Part shown: positions 1 through 10,022 of the stretch, one piece after another
Layout of the letters: each line of letters opens with the position of its first letter
Position numbering within the stretch: the first letter of the stretch is position 1
Source of the DNA: Camelus dromedarius
Lineage: Eukaryota
Length of the DNA stretch: 64,000 nt
Assembly (NCBI RefSeq): GCF_036321535.1
Contig: NC_087447.1
Location: 32,304,001 to 32,368,000 of the forward strand
Direction: 5' to 3'
Translations under genes and position numbers: made by a program
Notes under the pieces: model-generated
What the model saw: the letters and a program-made list of their open reading frames with translations, nothing else
Told to the model about the DNA's origin: nothing
The model's database searches: none

Positions 1-499
1 AACCCAAGAAATACCTGAAAAGATAAATTGTCGTACTAGAAACTGAAACCTTGTTGAATAAAGGATAGGGGTGGGGGAAAGTCATCTGTAATTTTCAACA
101 GTGAAGTCCACCCTCAGACTTAAATGGATTTCTCTAAGTGCAATTATAATGCCTGGCTAGAATTCAAAGACTGCTTGCACTGAATTACTACACTGTCTCT
201 ACACCCTTGGCTAAAAATATTTTTTGAGACAGCTCTTTACAAAGCCTCTGAATGAGACAAATAGCATTTTCAGTGAATAATAATTTTACTGTGAATAATG
301 TGTATGGAAAGGTAATTTTAAAAGCATAAATATGACATGTGAAAAGAGGTGTTTTTTTAATCACAATAGAAATAATCTTTTTACATTACTATTACTTAGG
401 GCAAATTTAAACACAAGTGGTTCTGAATGATCATAAAAATTTCTTCTTTCAATTTTTTTTCTGAATTTAAGATGTTATTAGAAATAAATGATAACAGCC

Positions 500-725
500 A
501 ATGATTATTGAGTGTCAGGCATTTCTAAGAACCTTACACGTATTCTCTTATTTATTGCTCATGATGCTTATATCAGGCAGATACTTTTATTAGCCCTCTT
601 TCGTAGAAATACAAACTGAGGTTCGGAGAAGTTAAATACTGTTCTATGTTACTCAGTTATGAAGTAATACATTCAGGAGTATCAACCCATATGATTGGGC
701 TTTAGAGCCTGAATCTTAACCACTA
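500..725 (-). mobile_element. MIR SINE remnant
   Basis: AAACTGAGGTTCGGAGAAGTTAAAT core and TTAGAGCCTGAATCTTAACCACTATG end. Similar remnants near 13000, 17500, 18850, 19900, 36080, 57100 and 60880. Confidence 0.6.
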
Positions 726-3700
726 TGTGATATTACCTTTTTTTTTTTTTTTTAAGCCCAGAACAGTTTATTGTGATGTTTATTTTATTTACTTCCCAAG
801 TATCTGTCATGGGCCGGGGACTTTTTGAGATGCTAGACATGAAGTGGTGAAAATGCATGGATAAAACTACCTGCACTGGTATAGCTTATATTTTATTGGC
901 AGTCATTAAACAAACAGATAAATAAGTAAAATATTGGTATGACAGTTGGCAATTAAGTGCTCCATAAAAAAAAAATTAAAGCAAGTTTGGGAAATCAGGA
1001 CAGGCGCAGAATGAGGAAATTTTAAAAATAGGGCTTAAATAATACTACTACCTAGACAGAAGCAGGAATAGTCCTTGTGAATAAGATGTTGTCCATTAAA
1101 AACATAATGTTGACCAATCTTCCTTTGGTAAATCTGACCTTGGTTGGTTATGCCTTTGTGAAAATTCTGTCATTTCTCCCATTAAATACTTGCCCAGGCT
1201 CCTCATCAATCTCTAAATGCAAGACAGAGTTTTTAGCAATTTCACTTTTGTCAGTATCTGGATTACTTTAAGCCCTATGCTCTTTATTGCTTAAAGACAA
1301 AGTTAATTTTCCCCCAATACCTTTTTATCGCTGTATTAAATATGTTTTCATCTAAAAACATTTCAGATTTTGTAAGGAGTCTCTCTTTGATTCCCCACCC
1401 TAAGGCCCTCCCTGGAGATGACCAAGTTTTCCTTCCCAGGTTGTGCAATAGCCCCTTAAGGAAAAACAAAAGGAAAAAATGACATAAGAGCTCCCTTGGG
1501 AGACCCAGTTTCCTTTCCCTGTGACTTGCCCTCTTCCTTCTCTCAATGAGCAGGAAAGCAAGACTCCTTAGAGTTTGACCAGAACAAGGACCAAGGATCT
1601 GTATTCTGACTGAGGGTGGGGCTGCTCTTGTTTAATCCACGAAATGCAGCAGCCAAATCATGGATGCTTGTTTTTCACTGAGAAATTTGCCGGGAGGTGT
1701 AACCTGAAGCCCTTCTCTCTGGAGGAGCTGTCTCCACACACCTTGGTTCCTCTACTCCAGTTCCGCCCACAACGGTGATGGCAAACACTTTCCAAAGTGA
1801 GCTTCTTTTACACCTAGAGGGAAAGGAATCTGTCCCCAGTATCCCACTCTGGGGAAATCTTGTTCTATTATTAAGTGATCTATAGGGAGACTGGGCATAC
1901 GCATATTGGTGGAAAACTGGCCTTGCTGTGTTGTTTTTACTGTTTGTGGAAAAGGATCAAAATAAGAAATATACATCTTTCAAACCAATTCTAAAAATCT
2001 CTCAGATTTTGTGTTAAAAAAAAAAGAGTCTTCTAAGATAAAATTTTATGTAGCATGCACAGGACTAATTGGACATTCACCAACATGTTAATAATAGATG
2101 TCCTGGGTGATTAAATTATTTATTGTTTTTTAAATTATCCTCCTTAATGTGCTTTTCTTATTTGTTATGTAACACTTGTATAATTGGAAAAGGTAGTGTT
2201 AGACATTTGTAAGCCTGTTTTCACAGGAGGCTTCCACTGTATTTAAAATGTTTTGTTATAGTCTTCAGACAATGAAGCAAATATGTAAAAATCCTAAAAT
2301 GTAATTGGGAAGTGAGTCTTTAATCTTCTATTGGTTCATAATATTTTACAATAATAAATTTTGACTCTATTTTTCTCATTCTTGGAGAACACAAAACATT
2401 GTATGTAAAAATATTAAGTTTCTCTCTCTCAAGTACTCATTTAAATGTGAGGTGATTTGGGACACAAATGAGAATCCTAAAATTTAGAAATTTTTCCTTT
2501 GAGGAAAATCTACCAAATAAATTAAAACCTGAGTCAGCATCAGTCTGTTCTTTCCTAGACAGGACACAAATGATAGCAATGAGCTTGCATTTTTTTTTTT
2601 TTTTTAAACAGGAAAACCTGTTTACTGACCTCCCAGTGTTAGAAAAAGGGAAACCAAGAGCATCCCTGGTGTTTTTTCCTGGCAGGAATATGTTAGCATT
2701 TTAACATTTGGCAAGCTGAAGACTTCGACACTGAAAAAAACTTAAAGGCATAGCCATTATATTTTTATTTCGTATTACATTGTGTTTCCTACTTTGTGGG
2801 CTTCCCCCCCCCCCATTTTTGGTGAATTGTTGGATCTTTTTTTTCCACTGAAGTGAGAATATTTTATATACATATGTTTGGAGTATTTCTCTGGGAAGTT
2901 TATTTTGTTTTAGAAAATATATTTAGGAAATATCAATCAATATCAAAATCAAGACACTATGCATTAGGGATATAAAAGCCCAAAATGTAGCATGTTCATT
3001 ACCAGTAATATTTAAGGGGTTACTTCCTTTCAATTTTTCTGCCCTTTATCAATTTCTTCTTTGATTTTTCCTATCCATACAATTGGGTTCTCTATACAGT
3101 TAATAATTTTCGATTTAAACTGATACCTTTCTTAAAAGAATGTTTTGTCTCCTGTTGGGACTGAGTACTACCCATCATAATGTCAGGGTAAAGACAATAT
3201 TCAAAAGGCACTATTCCTCATCTATTGCACTCTCCTTTTGACATTTTGAAGGACAGTCCAAAAATCCTCACCCTAGGAGCATTAAGCCTAAAATAAATTT
3301 CCAAGAACTTCTCCCAAGGCTTTGGAGATGACTGAGAAATCTTGGGCAGGAAGACACTTCGAGTGAATGGAACTGTAGGTGACAAAAGCCACGGACAGGC
3401 CTGGGAGATTTCACTGAGAGATATGGATAGACCAGTTTAGGAAAGCAGAGAGAAGATCAAGACTAAAGAGGTGCCCAGTTTCAGATTACTTCTCAGGAAA
3501 GCTTAACCTTTTGAGGGGAGGGAGAGGGGAAAAGTCATAGGTACAGGGGCTAAAGGAAGACCAGAAGTCTTTACTTGGGCTCTCTATGCAGCAAGACCGG
3601 GAAGGGCCAGTGCATCCGTTCTTTCTTAGCTTAACATTTAGATTTAAGGAGCATTTAGTTTTTTATCATCCTACACACAATGAAGTGAATGAGGCTGCTT

Positions 3701-3779
3701 CTCTCTCTCCAATGGCCAGGCTGTGCTCCTTGACCCCAAACCCCATCAGTCCTTCTGTTTCATATTTCGAGGTGCCTCT

Positions 3780-4710
3780 GCAGGTGGCGCTGGGGGCACT
3801 CCTGAGAGCTGGCGCTAGGACCTCGGCTGCTGCCACCACCGCAGCCAGACTGGAGGCCGCTGGACGCAGCTGAGCGCCCTCCCCACCCCCGCCCCTACTC
3901 AGCGGAGCTCATTAACAGGTGGAATCGCACCCGGGCGCCTGAAATCCCGCCTGGCTCCATGGAAACAAATCCTACAGACCCACAGCTCCATGTGGGCGGG
4001 TTCCCCGGAGGGGCTTTCGACGCGCCCTACGGGCAGGTCGGCATCGCTGGGAGCAGGGACACCCGAGGGATGCGCAAACCAGAGCACAGTGACACCCCCC
4101 CCCCCTCACCTCTTTGTGCTTCGGCGGCTTTCTCAGCTCCGCCCGCTCCACGCCTACCCTCAGCTCCTACAGGACTTAAGCCACGGCGACCCTTTCGCCA
4201 AAAGCCAGTTCCGCGAGAGCAGTGAGGAGACGGCGGCAAGGTGCGCCCGCCCTGGAGAGCCCAAATCCTTTGGGGCACCTTATTGTGGAAGGAGGTATCG
4301 CGTTCCAAACCCGAGAGAGGGTTCCAGGGGACTAGGAGACCTCACTCGAGAGTTCCCAACCTCCACGAGGCTGTCATCCCTGCCCCCAGCCAATGCTGTC
4401 CCTCGGAGGGTACCAGTCCCACCTCCCCCTCCACCCGCCAGGCCCGGCGCGTTACCTGTTGGCTGCCAGCCGAGAAGCAATGTAGCCGCCCGGAATCTGG
4501 GTGATGATATAGCCCCAAAAGAAGGAACCGTGGATCATTCCCACGGTTTCCGGGTCCCAGTTGAATTTGGCTTTCTACGGTAGTGGGGGAAAAAACAGGT
4601 GGAGGGAGAGAGTAGAGTCAGTGCTTGGGCTGAAATTCACGTTCCATATCTCGGGCTGAAGAGCCCTTCCCAACCGGGGCTCTCCCTGCATTCCGGGCGT
4701 GGGGGTAACT
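3780..4710. promoter_or_regulatory. Intragenic CpG-island-like block around SLC17A6 exon 3
   Basis: Visibly high GC and CpG density against AT-rich flanks. Boundaries approximate; obs/exp ratio not computed. Confidence 0.7.
4456..4574 (-). CDS. SLC17A6: SLC17A6 coding exon 3, 119 nt, [39 protein letters not shown](R)
   Basis: Manual translation. Acceptor cgtag|A, donor AG|GTAACG. SLC17 motif GSFFWGY...QIPGG. Exon 4 onward was not seen and must lie beyond position 1. Confidence 0.96.
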
Positions 4711-6129
4711 TAATTTTCGTTTCCTAACAAAACTGACTCGATACCTTCTTACAAAGAATAAACGCCTCTTTTAACTTAAAAAAAAAATCGTGCTCATTTC
4801 AAACGGATTATGTAGTGAAGCTGGGCCCCCTGACTTTGCTCCCCGACAACTGTCAGGCAGGTCGGATCACCTCGATGAACGAGGAGTTATCAGGGCTTGG
4901 GTTTGGGAAATTACGACTCTCTACTAAGAGATTCCATTCTCTGGCTGAGGATAGAGACTCGTGGCGGGAGTCCCTTTAGCCGACGTCGACCCTGTGAGGA
5001 CACAGTAGTGGAATCGCTTGGAGAATAGAAGCCAACTAGGGAAATTCTGAGGAAGGAAGGTGGGAGCTTGAGATGGGAGGTACAGAAGGAAGTCTGAGGA
5101 GCTAGTGGGAAGAATGGTCCCTGCAAAATGGAGATGGGCGTTGGCCTCCGGAAAGATTTGCAGTAGCCAGGGGAACTTGGGGGAGTCAGTGGAGAGGAAG
5201 GTGTTGTTCAGGGGTGGTCCTAATAGCCGGAGAGGGGTGTGTCTGAAGGTCTCGGCCTAACTCCGCCCTTGCCAGCCTGGGCCGCCGCACAAGGTGAATG
5301 TTACAGTACACTGGGGCGAACTAGCTGCACAGGAAAGGTGACGAAGAGCGCTTATCCCGCCTGGGGAACTGGGGACGTCCTTTTATCCCCTTTGAATAAA
5401 ATTTTGAAACTAAACACACTTTGCAGGGTCTCTCGGAATACCCGAATCCCACCATGGCTCTCCGCTTTGCATTCACAGCCCGTCCCAAATATCTCCTCTC
5501 AACCCTTGCTCTGCCTGGCTTACGGTCACTCTGATCTCTAAACAGGAAGTCCCAATCCAAGGGTTTCTGCGACCTTGAGGTTGATCCTCCTGTCCCTAGG
5601 CGTCACCCAACGCACATCATAAGGTTACGGACTGGATTCCCAGTGACCCCAGACTGTCCTGCGCTGCGGCTCCTCTCTCTCCCCGCCAGTCATGTGGGCG
5701 GCTCCCAAAGGCTGGGCTCGATGGAAACTGCCGATAAGGGTGCACAGTTGTTTTGATTTGTTTTCTGGTTCTGTTTCATTTTGATTACTAAGAATGTTTG
5801 GAGAGAACTGGTGGAAGTCAAGGGGAAATTATAATTAATCTGCTGTTCTATTCCTCCAAGTAAAAGAAAAATATTTCGATCTAGATTTAGCGGACAAGGT
5901 TAAGCACCAGCTCCTTGGATGAAGTCACTCTCCTCAAAACCATAACGAACCAGACCCTGTTTTCCACTTTGCAGGGGAGAAAAGGAAGGCCCAGGGAGCG
6001 GAAGAGACTTGCTGCAGCGTGAAAAGGCAGGAGATAGCGCTATCGTGGCCCATCTTAGAAGGGCAGTGCTAGAGGGAGGTTGAGGGGGCAGCCAGGCTTT
6101 CCTCATCCAGTGGGGAAAGTGGGGTTCAA

Positions 6130-7050
6130 ACTGGTGAAGCGGCTTTGCGACACCACCCGGCCGGCGCTCGCCCACCTCCTTGATGACCTTGCCCCCGCGG
6201 TGGATGGTGCTGTTGTTGACCATGTCCACGATGGCCACGCCCAGGTTGCAGCGGATGCCGAAGGAGATGCAGAAGCCCAGGCCGCTCATGATGGCGATGA
6301 TGTAGCGACGCGGCAGGCCGAAGCACGTGCAGTCGCACAGCGGCGCCTTCTTCTCAGGCACCTCCAGGGGCTTCCCATCCTCCGTCAGCTCGATGGTCTC
6401 CCCGGTCTCCTGCTTCTTCTCCAGCACCCTGCGCGGCAGAGCGTGGGGAGGTAAAGGTGCGGCGGGTTAGGCACCCCCGACGCCCGCCCATTCCCAGTTC
6501 CCAGGAGCAATCAGGACTGGGGGGAGGGGCGCTGACCAGCTCCCCCTACCTCAAGAGTTAAGGTGCTGGAGCGGTACCAGGCTTCAGGACCTCCTGGGCT
6601 CTCTAGCCTTCTCGCAGTCCCCCTCCCCCCCGGCAGCATTAACTTTAAAACCTTCTAGCCCATGGCAGCCAGTCCCCATCCCCTCGGGATCCACCCTACG
6701 GCGCCTTGATTCACAGACACCTCCTTGATTCACAGACAGCTCCTGGGCCCTTCTTGCTGGGTCTGCAGTTTGTGAGGGAAGGGGCAACCCGAAAGGCGCC
6801 TTCTCAGCACCTGGGTAGATGCCTCCCACCCGCAGCGTTCTATCAGAGACAGCCACTCAGCCGCCCGAGGGCTGCTCCGCTGCAGGCCCACGCACAGTCC
6901 TGCACCGGCTCTACCCCTTCCCTCCCAGCCAAGTTGAAGCTCTCCGGGTTGAGGAAGCCGGGATCCCGCCCCCTAGCTGAGCCTGGGACCCCCCGGGGAC
7001 CAAGGCCTTTCCTGTCCGATGGGGTGGTCCGGTAACCACGGAGAAGGTCT
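6130..7050. promoter_or_regulatory. Intragenic CpG-island-like block around SLC17A6 exon 2
   Basis: Visibly high GC and CpG density. Boundaries approximate. Confidence 0.7.
6176..6428 (-). CDS. SLC17A6: SLC17A6 coding exon 2, 253 nt, (R)[84 protein letters not shown]
   Basis: Inside ORF 5900..6427(-). Acceptor cgcag|G, donor GAG|GTGGGC. VGLUT TM1 motif [13 protein letters not shown]. 86+253=339 nt keeps the frame. Confidence 0.97.
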
Positions 7051-9145
7051 GTGAACGCTCTCTGAGTGTCACTCTCTCTCTTCCCCTTCCTCCTGCCCCA
7101 GGGTGCCAGTTCAACGTTTCCTATCCTGTTACACTTCTTACTCTTTTCTCCCTTGTAACTTGAGTTTGAAACAAAGGCCTCCGAAGCATATGGCCGACAC
7201 CTAAGCGTCCTACCGCCAGAACATGAATAATTAATTATTCACAATCTCGCGTCATTACTATCTCTGTTACAAACACCGAAAAATGCCATGGGCCCATTTC
7301 CAAAGACGTAAAATGCGACTCTCAGATATACGAATGCGCCCCCAAATCAACGCTTGTAAGATGTTCCACACCAAGGTAGAAGATCTCACATTTATGTTTT
7401 GTTTTGTTGTGTGTGTGTGTGTGTGTGTGTTTAATTTGCATAGTATTTCACAAGATTTCACCCTCTGATTCAATTCCTTTTAGGCTTTCGTCCTTGGTCC
7501 TTGCGGGAAGGGGATAAAGGAAAGCAGAGTGATGGGGAATGGTTTTACTAAAAGCTGATAGTGTTGTTCTGGTCCACAATATATCTGTGAAATATCTATT
7601 AAAAAGAAAAATGTGAATAGTAACGTACTGTGGGCCCCTGAGATGGATATTTAAACAAAGAACCTCCCCATTTATAATTGGCAGGTGTTTTTCAATCCAC
7701 CATATAACTTATTTTTATGTGTGCCCTTTTAAATGATTATATCCACGTACAATCATTTTCATACACACGGTAAAACAAATGAAAATTTTAGATTAGTTTC
7801 AAGAATGCATAGCTTGGGAGATGACTGTCAATCAATTTGAGACTATTAGAAGAAAAAAAAAAGTCAGACTTCCAAATTCTACAAAAGACCACCTGGGGAA
7901 TAGATCATAAAGGACTAGATAGTATTCCTAAAGTCTAATCCCAACGTTAGAACACCTGACAATTTATTTATTCTGGGAGAGAAAAATTCAACTAATATGA
8001 ATTTTTTTCACATTGGCTTCATATGCTCGTATATGCAAAGTTGAACTCTGCACCTGAGCTCCCCACCTGATGGCAGCTGGGATGTGAAAGAACAGCTCTT
8101 TCCAAGGCAGTTGCGGAACCGCAGGGCCCTTGCAGTATCAACTGCCGCATAGGTGCATGATGCTGCTTACAAAAAGCCCACCAGAACCAGAGAGATTTGG
8201 AAAATAGGGAGGTGCGCTGGTCATTTTCTTTATATTTCCTATACATTTCCAAAGGCTTCAGTTTCCCAAATGTGAAAATTAGCACTCTCTTGGAATCGTT
8301 TATTCTTTTGTTTCTGCAATTTCTTCTTGATTTTGCTCATATTATTAAGAAACTGTGTATTCGTGTAATATTTTTGATAGGATTTAAACTTGTGAAATTG
8401 ACAACATAATTAGTACAGTGACTACTGGTAAAATAAAATGTAATCATTTCCAGTACGTTCAAAGTCATTTTCCTGGTTATTAGTAGGGCTTTTCTTAAAA
8501 GTACTGTGGTATTTCCCTTTAGACTTCTACAAGAGGTCCAATAATTAAAAATACATATACTTTGTTTCAGATTTAGAGAGGACCTGCTTTAGTTATCAAT
8601 TATTGATATATTGTGATTCTTCTTCCTTCAGTACAGAAGGAAGATTCCACTGAGGGCTTCTCTACTCAAGTGGCTTTGAAGCTGAGATACAGATTTCTTT
8701 TTGCCACTACTCTTAGGAATTTTCTTGGTTAATTTTTTTAGATGGTTGTGATTTTTTAAATTCATTTTTCTGCATCAAAGGAATTTAATTTGGTGTCACT
8801 ATAAGCAACAAAAGAAAGGTTCTTTGAATAGGTGCAGACTATTTCACAACGGTAAAAGGGATAAATCCTCAGTAGGAAAGGGTAAGAATCTGCAGGTACT
8901 AAAACAAAATCACACACAGACATAAACACACACACAAACACAAAAACAGACAGGTTCATTTAGTGCAACATTCCTGAATTAATATGTCGGTTTCCGGAGC
9001 AGCTCAGCTTCAGCAATAAGCCAGGGGGAAAAAAAGATTTTCTGATCATATTACATTCTGCCTAAGCAACCAGGGTTTAAGAAAATAGCTCTGTAGATTT
9101 TTTTCATGCTGAGTCCCAGGCAAACATAGGTTTCCTTTCCCTTAC

Positions 9146-9231
9146 CTGTAGATCTGGCCGAGGGATTTTCCAGCAAAATTCTTTAGCCCTTCTTTTCCTG
9201 GGGTCAAAATCCTTTGTTTTACAGACTCCAT
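9146..9231 (-). CDS. SLC17A6: SLC17A6 (VGLUT2) coding exon 1, 86 nt, [28 protein letters not shown](R)
   Basis: Manual translation of the minus strand from ATG at 9231 gives the recognisable VGLUT2 N-terminus. Ends at donor AG|GTAAGG, phase 2, matching exon 2. Confidence 0.97.
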
Positions 9232-9954
9232 TCTTGCAAAGCTTGGTGTCGGCTCTTGCCAAATTTAAATAGTGATCGCTATGAAAGGCGGGAGTTGCGC
9301 ATGTTGTATTAATCGCTTAAGGTAGTTGTAGGTTTTTTCCTTCTCAGCAGAAAGGTATCGGTGTGGCTCTTGCAAGAGTGTGAGTGAGAGAGGGGAGGGA
9401 GAGTGAGAATGAGAATACAACAGGATAGCTGCCTGCAGCCCACGGGTTTCCTAATAGGAGAGTTGGTAGACACAATCAGAAAGTCTCATTGGAAGGGGAG
9501 GATCCGGTGGCAAAGGGCGCACGCAGTGCCATGGTATTCGGGCGGGTGCAGATGAGTCCTTGTCCTGGAAGTCAGTTCACTGAAAAACAATGTAAATTCC
9601 GGGTTTTAAAAGTCTTGTTTCTGTCAAATCTTCTGCCTTTTAAACGCTGGCGGAAATACCACAGAACCCTTCTGTAAAGGCAAAGTCAAATGAATAGCAC
9701 TTTTTAAAATGGTGTCTTTGCTGTAAGGAGCAGAGCACTTCCAAAACTCATGGGAGCATCTTAGGTCTCAGGTGAGCGATGCTGCTATTAGTTTTTTCCT
9801 CCTTGCCCGTGATCTCCTCCCATCACGCCGGCGCAAATCTGCTCTGCGGTAGAGTCGAATTAAGATGGAGAAACCTTGCTGCTCTTTGAGGACGTGAGTA
9901 AATAACACACAGTTCTGATTTGGGCAGCGTCAGGAGGGTTTTTTTTTTTCCCCC

Positions 9955-9975
9955 TCCAGCACGGCTGACAGCGCC
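9955..9975 (+). promoter_or_regulatory. Second, degenerate RE1/NRSE
   Basis: TCCAGCACGGCTGACAGCGCC matches the canonical RE1 at 17/21 positions, in the same orientation as the 10002 site. Confidence 0.55.
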
Positions 9976-10001
9976 TGCCTGGGCGCTTCCCCGTAAAATG
10001 G

Positions 10002-10022
10002 TTCAGCACCACGGACAGAGTA
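10002..10022 (+). promoter_or_regulatory. RE1/NRSE (REST binding site)
   Basis: TTCAGCACCACGGACAGAGTA; the first 17 nt are identical to the canonical RE1 TTCAGCACCACGGACAGCGCC. About 770 bp upstream of the ATG of a neuronal gene. Confidence 0.9.

Noticed and set aside
3389..3401. RE1 right-half match CCACGGACAGGCC
   Set aside because: The left half (TCAGCA) is absent; isolated half-sites are common.
3990..4583. 197-aa plus-strand ORF and overlapping ORFs
   Set aside because: Pro/Arg/Gly-rich products of a GC-rich block, antisense to SLC17A6 exon 3, with no recognisable domain.
5900..6175. C-terminal part of the 175-aa ORF
   Set aside because: Intron read-through past the exon 2 donor; VGLUT similarity stops at KVIKE.
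6528..6570. Split RE1-like halves on the minus strand (TCCAGCACC ... GGTCAGCGCC)
   Set aside because: The 24-nt spacer is much longer than canonical or known non-canonical RE1 spacing.
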